DNA of 64,000 bases. It comes from Octopus sinensis. Taxonomy: Eukaryota. Position numbers and translations under genes: made by a program. The notes below the pieces were generated by a model that made no database searches, was not told the origin of the DNA, and saw nothing but the letters and a program-made list of their open reading frames with translations. The stretch is from positions 54,622,001-54,686,000 of the forward strand of contig NC_043001.1 in NCBI RefSeq assembly GCF_006345805.1, in the 5' to 3' direction. Below are positions 1 to 10,943 of the stretch, piece after piece. Each line of letters opens with the position of its first letter. The stretch's first letter is position 1.

Positions 1-93
1 CTATGGAAGGCGAAAAGCATCATCAATAAATACAGTCCCACCTCGGCCCTGATCTAGTTTTTCTTTTATCATAATTCTTTTCACATTTAAGAT
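1..93 (-). CDS. Candidate terminal exon or gene fragment: ILNVKRIMIKEKLDQGRGGTVFIDDAFRLP*, resembling the Walker B region of CbbX/SpoVK AAA ATPases
   Basis: Manual translation; TAG stop at 3-1. GGTVFIDDAFRL resembles family motif GGxLFIDEAYxL. Acceptor is weak (aaag at 78-77). Confidence 0.25.
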   Translation of the reverse strand: MLNVKRIMIKEKLDQGRGGTVFIDDAFRLP

Positions 94-235
94 TCATTAA
101 AGGAATACAAAACTATCTCAGTGTCTTGGTTGGTACGGTATTTTAATGACCCCTGTAAGATAAATACAAAATTGATCTAAGTTGGGATCAGAAATTAGAT
201 TATAAAGGGCCGTAACTAAATACGATTGTGTCAAC

Positions 236-750
236 TACGTGCATCGAGTTGTGGTTAGCTATACACTGCCATATGGTGTTTAACTGCACGCTGACATGTT
301 AACTACACAATTATAGTGTACTCAGCTGGATACTAACATGTGGTTTGTACACATTACCATGTGGTGTTTAGCTATACACTTCCATGTCATGTTTAACCAC
401 ATTCTACCATGTGAAGTTTAGCTATACATTGCCATTTCATGTTTAGCTAGAAACTGCCATGTATTTAAATATACACTGTCATATGATGTATAACTACACA
501 TTACTGTATCGTGTTTAACTAGAGACAGTCTGGTGTTTAACGAGACATAGACATATAGTGTTTAGCTATGTACTTAACTACACACTTCCATGTTATGTCT
601 TTACACATCTCTAAGTTGTATGTAGCTACACTGTCTTATAGTATTCTCACTATTACGGGTTGTTTAACTATATTTTGCTCTGTGGTGTGTAGTTACTAAC
701 ATGTGGTAATTAGCAATACTTTTTCGTGTGGTGTTACTCTATATACTGTT
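236..750. repeat. Degenerate ~25-bp minisatellite (~20 units), consensus near tgtggtgtttagctatacactgcca
   Basis: Successive 25-mers: tgtggtgtttagctatacacttcca, tgtcatgtttaaccacattctacca, tgtgaagtttagctatacattgcca, tttcatgtttagctagaaactgcca. Confidence 0.75.
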
Positions 751-1018
751 TTAGTTTGTTTTAAATGTACAGAATTTCGTAGTACTGGAAACACGGAATT
801 CTCCAAAACTCAATGAGACAGTCAGCCGAAAAGCCAGAATTCACCACCTTGTTGTTTGTACGGAGGAAAGGGAAACTTTTTTTTGCCGATAGAAATGACC
901 ACACGTTCGAACTTAAGCGTGCCATAAAAATTTTCCACTTTAATCTTGTTTTAGATCTTTTGTGTTTGGCTTCCACTTTTCAATCTCTTCAATTTGATTT
1001 CATATTCAGTGTAATGAT

Positions 1019-1160
1019 GAAGTCATATATGCTAATCAATACCTTGAAATTCATTTTCGCCATAAATTAATAAATAAATTCACACAATTTTTCTGAATAT
1101 TCCAAAAGTTAAAAGATTTATGAGAGGTTATATGTCGTGCGTAAAGTAGTTGATTTATTT
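1019..1160 (+). repeat. Copy 1 of ~130-bp direct repeat (copy 2 at 2209-2337); DNA-transposon-like fragment, diverged relative near 39170-39300
   Basis: Shared atatatgctaatcaataccttgaaattcattttcgccataaattaataaataaattcac...gtcgtgcgtaaagtagttgatttattta. Confidence 0.8.
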
Positions 1161-1784
1161 ACAGTTTATATTAAAACGCGTCACGCACAAAACGACAGCT
1201 TCCAAATCCTGTTTTTTTACTGCGTGAAAATGATCAAACTTTAAACCGCTATAATATTTTTTTACAAATATTTTTTCTGGAAAAAGTGAGATATCTCCAG
1301 AGATTCAGCTTGGAAAACTACATTAATAGACCAAATTTTAAAATTTTCACTAAACTTTAAAATTCCAACCAAACAGAAAAGATCCCCGCATTTTTTTTTC
1401 TAGCTCCAGTGTATAAGATGTGTGTGTGTACGTCTGCATTCCAAAGGTGAACAAATTACGTACATGTGGTTTCATATTGCTTACTTTCCGTATATAAAAA
1501 AAGAATAGTTATAGCTGTTCTCATTTTGCCACTAGTTAGATTTGATCCAGTAGATTAATTCATCCTTCATCATCCCTTGTTTTCTATGTCAGGGAATTTG
1601 TTGTTCATTATATTTCTTTTTATATGTTGCATTTGCATCAGTTGTTGTTGCTGCTGCTGCTGCTACTGTTGCTTTTATTTAGACTCAGGCCAGCCAAGAT
1701 TAAGCAGACTAATGATCAATGGTATTCAAGCCGTAGCCATACTGTCTTTGCTTGGGGGTGGAATATATATATAGTAAAAGAAAC

Positions 1785-1908
1785 CCTGGATAAATACATC
1801 TCCTTCCCTTTTTGCAGACGATTGGGTGCACTTTGAGGACAATTCGGTGATTATTTTCAGCAGCTAATGCAACCACATGGACCAACTTCTTTGGTTCGTA
1901 CTCCTTTG
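1785..1908 (-). CDS. Candidate internal exon (KEYEPKKLVHVVALAAENNHRIVLKVHPIVCKKGRRCIYP), product unknown
   Basis: Pyrimidine-rich acceptor ctcaccttactcttttaag, open frame, weak donor gtttct. The plus strand also has plausible splice sites here. Confidence 0.2.
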
Positions 1909-2208
1909 CTTAAAAGAGTAAGGTGAGATTTGCGAGATTTCGTTGCAATTTAAAGCAGATCGAACGACCGCGTTTCGATTCCTTCGTATTAGAATTGGTT
2001 AGTTAACGACGAGACCATCCCTTCTCTATGAATCGGATTGAGAAATTTAAAAATACAAGATACTAAAAACAAAGGAAAACTGAAGAGGTGAGGAAACTTT
2101 AAAAAAAAAAGGTTGCTTTTACGTGACATCAACATAAGCCTTTGCTTTTTTTTTTTTTTTTTTTGTAAGGCACCAATATAATTTTATGATATATAATTCT
2201 ATTTTGTT

Positions 2209-2337
2209 GAAGTATATATGCTAATCAATACCTTGAAATTCATTTTCGCCATAAATTAATAAATAAATTCACAAAATTTTTCTGAATATTCCAAAAACTA
2301 AAAGATTTATGTCGTGCGTAAAGTAGTTGATTTATTT
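2209..2337 (+). repeat. Copy 2 of ~130-bp direct repeat
   Basis: Near-identical to 1019-1160 apart from a short indel. Confidence 0.8.
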
Positions 2338-2799
2338 ATTATACACGGTGTCCCAAAATTAACAATCTATTTCAATGAAATCGGGCAAAAGTTTAAAACT
2401 GAAAGAATTTATGTTTCTAACTTAATTATGATACCAAAACAAGTAAATTTATAAATCTTACGTCAAAACTTTATTGAAAATATTCAACATATGCTCCGTC
2501 TGTAACCTTGCAAATTTCATGTCTATCCTTAGAAACAGAAAGATCTGAAAGAATTAGATGATAGTTCTCCAGTAATTTTCTTTCATGTAAATAAAATAAG
2601 TATTTTTAGGATTTATCTCCAACACTGCTAATTGAATGCGCTCTTTAAGTTAAGGTAAACTATTGCTCCATCCTGGGAATGGGAGGTAGAGAAAATGATT
2701 GCAGTCAAATTAATAAAAAGCTGTCGTGGACAGATAAGCGGGATCCAACAGGAATGAAAATAAAATCATAGAAAAATTCTTAGAATTATAAAATTTTTA

Positions 2800-2830
2800 C
2801 AAGCAATGCACCCCGGCGTTGCCCGTGGTT
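2800..2830 (-). mobile_element. Helitron-type 3' terminus (GC hairpin followed by degenerate CTAG)
   Basis: Reverse complement cacgggcaacgccggggtgcattgcttg resembles the termini at 16265-16294 and 19475-19505. Confidence 0.5.
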
Positions 2831-2952
2831 ATGACCTACAGCTACATTGTATTATTTGTTCTTTTCTTATGGGTAGAATCGGCATAAGAGGAGTATGAAG
2901 CAAACAGCTCTTTATAAACATATTTTTGGGTCATTTTCTGATGAACAACGCT

Positions 2953-3086
2953 ACAGTTTCCGTCCAGCAAATTCAGTCATAAGTCTGTTGGCCTAGGGCT
3001 ATAGTAGAAAGCACTTGCCCAAGGTACCATGCAGAGGGACTAAACATGGAACCATGTGTTTGGGAAGCAAACTTCTCAACCACACA
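2953..3086 (-). mobile_element. tRNA-derived SINE, family A (degraded)
   Basis: Reverse complement contains ggttccatgtttagtccctctgcatggtaccttgggcaagtgc...gacggaaactg. Confidence 0.75.
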
Positions 3087-4269
3087 GACATTCTTGCACC
3101 TAATATGTGTGTGTGTGTTTACATTTGTTGTCAAATCGAGTATTGTGTCCCACTACGCCTCAAAGTTAGCAGTTAACCAAGCAGAGATCTATAAAATAGG
3201 TACCAGATTAAAATACGTACTGAGGTCAGTATGATCATGGTGACAGTCGCAAAACTAAACCCAGTAAAATAATATTTAAAAACATAATGGCTTCAAATTT
3301 AAGATAATGGATTACTAACCACAAGATAATGAGTTCAAAACTTCGTAACTGAACTTCCACTCTATGTGCATCTCAGTGTACTTGATTTCCGACAATTAAC
3401 AATTGTAATTTGAGGTTGAATGGTTAGCAATAAGAAAGATGTCCAGATTTCTTTAAAAATTATTGTGCAAAATCTTCCGAGAAAAAGTTTTTGTTTTTTT
3501 CACCACAACAAAACACACATACACAGAGGTGTCTCTGTGGTAACTTGAACTACTACAAATAGCAGCTTAATCTCTCTTTAAAATATTTCAGGAAGAAAAA
3601 AAATGACTATGCGATGGGTCTGCTACATCAGAGGCAACTCTGGGCTATACAAACAGACAAACATATTTCACATTAAAACAGTATCCACTAAATATTACTA
3701 ATAAAGTTGACGGTATATTTTTGAAGCTTCATTCCCTGGTAAAACTCCATGTATTTTAAGATTGTTCAAGCAGAGTTGCCTCCTTTAGCTAAAGACCTCG
3801 AAATTGTGTGTCCCGCCTTCGTTTTCGAGGTTATTTTTGTAGTAAAAAAGGGATGTGCAAAAAACATACTTTATTTGGTAGCCGAAAGATTGCTGAATTT
3901 GTTGATACCTCATACGTCAAAATCAGCAACTCAATTTTCGAATCCATAAGGAACATAAGCACGCACTCACACACACACACACACACACACAGTTGTTTAC
4001 ACACCCGTCTTCGTCTTTTGTTTTTTTTGTAAATTCTCAGTAAAAATTTATATACTTTTAACACATATTAAACATGGTAAACAAATAAAAATGACATTTT
4101 ATGTTAAAAAAATTGTCTGATTACACTGAAATAAATAGTTAATTCTGAGACACCTTGTGTATGCTTCAACCAAACAGCATATATTATATATATAGTATTC
4201 ATTATATTTTAAAAAAAAACAATCTTTTGTGGTGCACTTCTTTTTCTATATTAAAGACGAGCAAAACGC

Positions 4270-4510
4270 CCCTCGTCCAGTGGACGGTGCTGAGTTGTCA
4301 AACATTTAAACCAAATTTTCTCAAAATAACTTGTCCGACCGTCCCATAGGCCTCACCTGGAATCGATTTTTGTAATTTTTTCAAGACTTATACACACCCT
4401 GATACTGTCGGTATCTACATATCAAATTTGAGCGCAATCGGATGGAGGATGCCCGAGATCCTGGAAGACACACACATAGACAGACAGAACGGATTTTATA
4501 TAATAGATGT
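4270..4510. mobile_element. Non-autonomous Helentron/DINE-like repeat
   Basis: atcaaatttgagcgcaatcggatg...acacacatagacagacag...ttttatataatagat architecture; related blocks at 15250-15475. Confidence 0.4.
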
Positions 4511-4762
4511 GATACAGCCAAGATAGCTCAAGAGATTCTGAGTCCTTGCATTTGTGGGTTTTAATTGCATGTTGTCCATGACTATGATGTGGGGAAAGGT
4601 GGCTGCAAAAGAAAGAAAATTAATATGACCTCATAGGAGAATACTTTCTATGTTTCTGTTCATAGAAGTAATACAGGTCTGGTATCAGGTATCTAATCTG
4701 CAGATGAAGGACATGTCAATGCCCGTTTAACTATTCGTTGATCTGATCTCTGTAAGCTTTAC

Positions 4763-4937
4763 GCGCCGAGATGATACGTTCAGCTTCCAGTAACCTATAA
4801 AGTTTATCGAGGTCAACCGAATACATTACAAATGTGTTGTCTGTGCAACCGACCACTCTAAATTGTGGACAACTCACGCTCTTCCTATAGAATACTGTAT
4901 CAAGATAAGATCTGGATGACTCAATTGCCCGCAAAAT
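4763..4937 (-). CDS. Candidate coding exon within the 105-aa ORF 4731-5048 (ILRAIESSRSYLDTVFYRKSVSCPQFRVVGCTDNTFVMYSVDLDKLYRLLEAERIISA)
   Basis: Non-repetitive, CpG-retaining, stop-free frame; acceptor ttgtcattttataag; candidate donor gtaaag at 4762, with an alternative gtgagt near 4877. Confidence 0.3.
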
Positions 4938-5051
4938 CTTATAAAATGACAATGTTCTTTCTCTCCCACTTTGACATAGTTGAATCAACAGAGATAACAA
5001 ATAAGAGACACAATTTGAGAGCAAGAAGAGAGAAATGCTACTGAGCATATT

Positions 5052-5329
5052 GTCCGGGGTGCTGACGATTCTGTCAGCTTACCACCTAAATAATAGTGAT
5101 AATGGTTCCGAATTTGACACAAGGCCAGTAAGTTCGGTGTCGGTGGAGGAAGTAAGTCGGTTACATCGACCCCAGTGCTCAGCTGGTATTTATTTTATCG
5201 ACCGTGAAAAGATGAAAGGAAAAGCCGTCCTCGGTGGAATTTGAACTCAGAACGCAGAGACGGACGAAATACCGCTAAGCATTTTTGTCCGGCGTGCTAA
5301 GGATTCTGTCAGCTCACCGCATTAATAAT

Positions 5330-5362
<33 letters not shown>

Positions 5363-5575
5363 CCTTTCTCCTAAAATACAAGGCCTGAAAGTTGTAGGGA
5401 GGGGCTAGTCAATTACATCGATCTCACTGTTTCACTAGTACTTAATTTATCGACCCCGAAAGGATAAAAGGCAAAGTCGACCTTGGCAGAATATGAACTC
5501 AGTAAATAAGGACGGGCGAAATGCCGCTAAGTATTTTGCCCGGCGTTCTAACAACTCAGCCAGCTCGCCGCCTTG
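5052..5575 (-). mobile_element. Tandem cluster of SINE family B: one head fragment plus two near-complete copies (5112-5320, 5360-5575), separated by (aat)n
   Basis: Reverse complement ggcggcgagctggc...gagttca(a/t)att...gaggtcgactttgccttt(c/t)atcc...ggtcgataaa. Confidence 0.85.
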
Positions 5576-5639
5576 ATGATGATGAGAGCGCAAACCTCTG
5601 CCAAGGCAAAACCAACGTCCTCTCAACAATTAGCCAGAG

Positions 5640-6720
5640 ATGATTTTTAAAATGAGAATATCTGAAATAAACTCGACTGCTCTCACAAACAAGAATACTA
5701 AAAATGAACCCGACCCCTCTCAGAAATTTGTTTTAAAAAGGAGGTAAAATAATCCAGAATCTTAATCCGGTACCGAATCGCTCCCAAAATCTTATCAGTT
5801 CGTGTCAGCCACGAGGCCAAGCATCCCTGAAAGTGTCATCCGAATCCATCCAGCGGTTCTTGAGATATCTTGTCCACAGACAAACAAACACCACTGAAAA
5901 CGAGAATATTGAAAATGAACCCGACCGCTCTCAAAAATTAAGTTAAAAACCCCCGGAAAAGTAATCCAGAATCCTTGTCCGGTACCTAATCGATCCCAGA
6001 GGTAATCATGGAATGTGAAGGTGGCTATAGAAAATTTAGTAACAGTAATAAATAGTTTATTCTTATCTAATACAAACCAAAGTTAACAAATTACCATTCA
6101 AAATAGTTTCAAAGGCAGAGGTAAGAAGTTCTACTCAGGAATTTTTAAATGAATAGCATGAGACCTTTTGGTTTTCTCTTCTCTTAAATTCCAGCCTTCC
6201 TTTAGTATTCCTGTTGTTTTAGATCGATCTATAGATGTATGTCTATATGCACGTATACTGTAAAGTGTTAATATGTATGTACGATATATAATAAAAATAT
6301 GTTAGTGTTATTTAATTTCTGAACGGGTTTGTTACCGTTTGTTTATGTAGTTTGATTTCTTTATCCATCAGTTTCTACAAAGACAGAGACGCGAGTAAAA
6401 TTGATAATAGAGAAATGAAAATAAAACTTTGGAAACAGCCTAAAGGGAGATAATTGAGAAAGACTTGAAAGTGAGCGTAAGATCGTAATCAAGTAAAGTA
6501 AAGTAGATATAACAAATGATCCAGAATCTTTGTCCGGTACCAGATCGATTCCAAAATCTAATCAGCGATTCTTGAGATATCTGAAAATTATCCATGGGTC
6601 CCGGCCCTAAAATCCTCTGGGACAAATTAATCAGTTGGTTTTCACTGACGTTCAGTTCTCCTGAGAACGTTATCCTTTTGCCCGCCATTAGCTCTCTATG
6701 AAATGCCAATATGAATTTCC
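5640..6720. repeat. Modular interspersed repeat (Helentron/DINE-like) with internally repeated blocks
   Basis: aaaatgaacccgacc (5701, 5912), aatccagaatc...tccggtacc (three copies), gcggttcttgagatatct (two copies). Confidence 0.5.
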
Positions 6721-7029
6721 ACCGGTTGTTCTGCCCGATTGGTGGGGCTGTGAGCGCTTGACAACAGGGGACAAATTTAAGAAGATTGTACATCTCAAAA
6801 ATCTTGATTGAATGTTAAATGGCAATTAACTTGCCACTATTGTTATTTTGTTAGCATTTTTGCTTTCTGTGTCTAACTTCATTTTCTTTTGTTTTATCCG
6901 AAATTTTTCTGTTTGGCCTGAATATGGGGGTGTAATTGCATCCTGATTCGTACATACATAATAATAGTGTCACGCTTGCTCCCCTTTGGTAGGCAACAGC
7001 CTCTCTTTTCCAGCATAACATGAACTAGT

Positions 7030-7900
7030 TCCGACAGGGAGGAGGATGGAGCTCTACTGTAGTGGAGAGAGCTCAGTTTATCAGTTTCTAATACACTTAC
7101 TGGTAGATGGAAGCAGAGAATACGGGACAATGTGCACTCGGGTGCTATTTTGAACTCCCTCTTTGATCAATCTGATCAATTTTCAAGATATCGTCTACTT
7201 TCTGCAAGTGCGAAATTTTCGGGGGACTGGATTGATGCCCTGCCTGTGACCAACATTGGGAGTCTACTCAATCTGGATGATCTCTGCATCTCCATTGCAC
7301 TCTGAGTGGGATCCTACGCCCGTGGGGCACTGAGATGTCGCTGTGATAGACCCCTCGACTCCACAGGCCTTCATGGTTTGTCTAACCGCTTAAATGCTGG
7401 TTCTTTCGCTCGTCACCCCGAGCTAACCTTAATTATTAAGCAAGCCCTGGTTCGGGTTAATATCCCCAGTTCTGGAGCCGGCAGGGTTATCCAGAATTGA
7501 TGGGATGAGACTAGATGGTCTTACTCTTTGTCCTTGGGTAAGAGTCCTTCATCTGGGAATCCACATTCTGTGACTTCTTTGCTCCCTTCTACATCGTGGA
7601 TGCTGCGATGAATTGGAAGATCACTGCTTCCGTAGCCGAACGGAACAAAATCCTTAAATATTGGGACTTGTCAATGAACCATTTCTTCCAGCCTGTTCGA
7701 GACGTTTGGAGAGGCTGGGTCGTTGACAGCGAAGTTCTTGTCATCATTGACGGTTGCCAGACGATACACGTGAGGGTGCTTGGCTGTTCCAAGGCCCTGG
7801 CCTCGCCATCCCCCGGAGTAATGTCGCGAGCGTATTGGCTTACTTCAATAGGTTCTGTTGAAACTTGTGGTGTGCGACCAGTTGAGGCACTTGATCTTGA
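7030..7900 (+). mobile_element. 3' part of a CRE-like non-LTR retrotransposon (zinc knuckle plus restriction-like endonuclease), pseudogenised
   Basis: Translation across stops and frameshifts: RLLSASAKFSGDWIDALP...CRCDRPLDSTGLHGLS...RHPELTLIIKQAL..NIPS/LEPAGLSRIDGMRLDGLTLCPW...ETFGEAG...LAIPRSNVASVL, matching the EPxGL..DGKRPDG.T..PW / ETxG / QRGNAASVL pattern. Confidence 0.85.
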
Positions 7901-8283
7901 ATTGATGTTTCCATTTCTTTCTTTTCCTTCTTCCTCTGTTTCTTTTTTTTTCGCTTATATTTGTGTTTCTTTTGGTTTTAAATTTGTGTTTTAATGTGAT
8001 TTTGTATTATTTATGTATCATATACGTACATGTTATATATGTAATTATTATGGTAGTTGAGATAATAAAAAATTTTCATTGTGTACATATGTAAATATAA
8101 GACAACTATTATGACTCTTCTCATGATGTAATTATTTCGGTTTCAATACACATAAATTCATTTGCATTGACATTCTTGTACTGATTCTGACCGTTTTGCA
8201 CTTCCATACTTCTCATATTAGATATTTCGTTTCTTTCTATCGTTCACCCTGAAAATTAAATCACATTTCCGTATCCGTGTTTG

Positions 8284-8293
8284 GTCACGTGAC
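8284..8293. promoter_or_regulatory. Palindromic extended E-box GTCACGTGAC (CLEAR/USF/MiT-TFE type) in a CpG-retaining segment
   Basis: Exact GTCACGTGAC about 47 bp upstream of an ATG|gtaagt junction. Confidence 0.5.
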
Positions 8294-8339
8294 ATTTGAT
8301 GTTTTCAAGGAGGAACTTTTATCAACAACCGCTAGCATA

Positions 8340-8342
8340 ATG
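8340..8342 (+). CDS. Candidate start codon at the end of a first exon (ATG|GTAAGT) of an unidentified plus-strand gene
   Basis: gcataATG immediately followed by consensus donor gtaagt at 8343-8348. Confidence 0.4.
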
Positions 8343-9484
8343 GTAAGTGAAGATGTCTCAATTTCAATTATCTAAATAGCAAAACAAAGCCATACAATTA
8401 AAAAAAACAGTTAACTTGCTTGTCGGTAGTGGCTGGGTGAGTTGACATTAATTCAAGTACATGCGTATTTCTATAAGATGTCTAATAGCCGATGCTGATA
8501 AAGTTTGTATACAGACTTGCCTGTCCGAACACATCTTCATACAAAACTGATATATTTAATCTATCTACTGGAAGTTTTTTTGAAAGTTTTATTCATTTAA
8601 TCAAATCTTTACATGTGTTTAATAATTACTCCTTATAGATATCCTTCTATCTTCATATATAATTCAGTTTAATGTATGAAAAGTACACTCAAAACAAACC
8701 GGGCGTGTGGTGGTGGGGGTAACTAGTAAATAATGAATAAAATACTGGCGAGCGACAAAAGTTATTGACAGTAATGTGTCACAGGCGAATTCAAAGCTCA
8801 GTTTTTACCTGTCAGCTTTAATAAAATAAATACAATACAAATAAGTAAACAATATTGAGGACATCATGCAAATAGGGGATAGATGGTAATTTAGTTAACA
8901 ACTTCGCAGATGACTCTAAAAAATTTTTGTCAGCTTTCTTGATATGGATACTTGATATTGAGTTACAAATACATTCTTGGGAAACACCCACCAAAGACAG
9001 ATTTACTCAAGTTTTCTTCTTTATTCAATTCTATTGGCCTAGTTGTTATTTAGCCTGTAATCAGTCTTAATAAAAGCAGACCTATCAACAAAAAACAGGG
9101 CATGTATCCTAGTCTCTTAGGTATATTTATAATAGGGGTCTTTCGTTACCATATCCAAATTCAGCAACCAGTCATATCTGTAATGTGAAGCGAACACACG
9201 TAGGCTCTCTCCACTGTCGTAGGAATTTACTGTGATGGAGATATTTATTCTTTAACGTGTCATGTTTTGTTTTTAACCCTCTCTTATCTATCTATCTACA
9301 TATATACACGCGCGCGCATTTACACATGTTGCATTAACTCATTGACAGCTGAATCCATACTCTCACTTTTTTGTTTATCTGCATAGTCACTTGCACATGT
9401 GAAGATTAAGTTTATGCAAATTTCTATGATGCAGTTGTATAGACTGTAAAGTGTATATCTATTACGCACACATCCGTGTATTTG

Positions 9485-9525
<41 letters not shown>

Positions 9526-9646
9526 GGAATGGTCATTTTGCCAGTTTAACCAATAAAAACTGGCAAAATGACCATTCCGAAATATAACAATATCTGTTTT
9601 AACACACGACTTCACATAAAAAATCTTGCACAACAAATATATGAAC

Positions 9647-9719
<73 letters not shown>

Positions 9720-9929
9720 TCACGTGTTTTTGTGTTTATGGGTGTCATACAACTTCTCTACAATTATCGTCGTCACTACCATCATCATGGTTGCTAAAAG
9801 CCTTTAATCAAGAAGAATCACAAGAATGACGTTGTACCAAAGTATAATTCTATCCCTGATAGAATACAACTCAGTGTTAATAATTCTAACATTAAAAAAA
9901 GATTTAGTGATTTTCAAACTGTGCTGAGA

Positions 9930-10400
9930 TTAGTGACATCTATAATCCATTTTCTGGAAGGCAAAGTTTAATGGAACTGATTGAAAGACGTACTCGGTAA
10001 AACTAAGAAGAAAGATATGTGGCATTCTATATTTTTGGAGAATCTTGCAACACCTAAAACCAAACATGACAAAAACTATAATTGTAGAACAATGATGAAT
10101 GAGAAAGAAAATTTTGCAAAATTCTTCCGTTGAACACCAGTTGCTCAAAAAATAAAGCCTAGACTCCGAGAGAAAATTCATTTCAAATCAGAGGTCTGAA
10201 AATAATTAGCATAATGCCAAAAGAAGTCTGTAATTTTGAGACTATGCTTCTTCACACAAAAAACTTGGGACTTGACAAATATCTTAAAATGATTCCTGAT
10301 CCCAGTTTTACCTACAATTGATATTTACAAACCCCTTCATTGTCAGAGATGATTTCTCAAAATTTAAGAGGTAGGCTCAGCCTGAGCCTTCTAATAGCAA
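9930..10400 (+). mobile_element. Highly degraded CR1-type LINE 3' remnant
   Basis: Fragments SLMELIERRT, IFLENL and LDKYLKMIPDP parallel the C-terminus of the CR1 copy at 41.3-41.6 kb. Confidence 0.4.
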
Positions 10401-10943
10401 ATGGAAATTAAAAAACAAAAGAAACAAACAAAAAAATCACCATCACTGTATTACCACCATCTTCATCACCATCATGACCACTCCATTTTTTATATAGCTC
10501 TCTTTCTATTTTCATTGTTATCATTAACACTGTTGTCATCATCTCTTTGATCACCATGACCTTCATTATCTCCATCCTCACTACTCTTATTACTACAATT
10601 ATCAACTCTACTGCCATTCTATCCATTTTCTGTGGCATATTTCCTTTTATTCCATCACTACTACTGCTATCCACACTGTAAGCTATATAAGGTCCCCCAA
10701 TTTCAAGCCATATAAGGCTTTCCACTTCCCTAATTAATTAGTCCTTGATGTTTCTTAGGCTGAAACAAAATGCCTTTCGTCAGACTAAGTACTACATTAA
10801 AATGTATTGACACTAAGTCATAATAACTTTATTTTTAATTCTAAATTGGTTTAGTCAAATTCCTGTGAGCAGGTAATCTCAGGATTTATAAATATGACAT
10901 TTACACACATTAATATCCAGGACAGTATATATATATATATATA

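Noticed and set aside
1577-1774. Poly-Cys ORF (CCCCCCCYCC) suggesting a metallothionein/cysteine-string protein
   Set aside because: Produced by a (tgt/tgc)n trinucleotide microsatellite just before an acceptor; the other frames give poly-Leu.
9930-10000. Apparent exon ISDIYNPFSGRQSLMELIERRT after the ATG exon
   Set aside because: Poor GAG acceptor, and the surrounding sequence reads as a decayed CR1 LINE end.
10408-10725. 105-aa Met/Val/Ile/Asp-rich ORF
   Set aside because: Degenerate (cat/cac/tac)n low-complexity tract.
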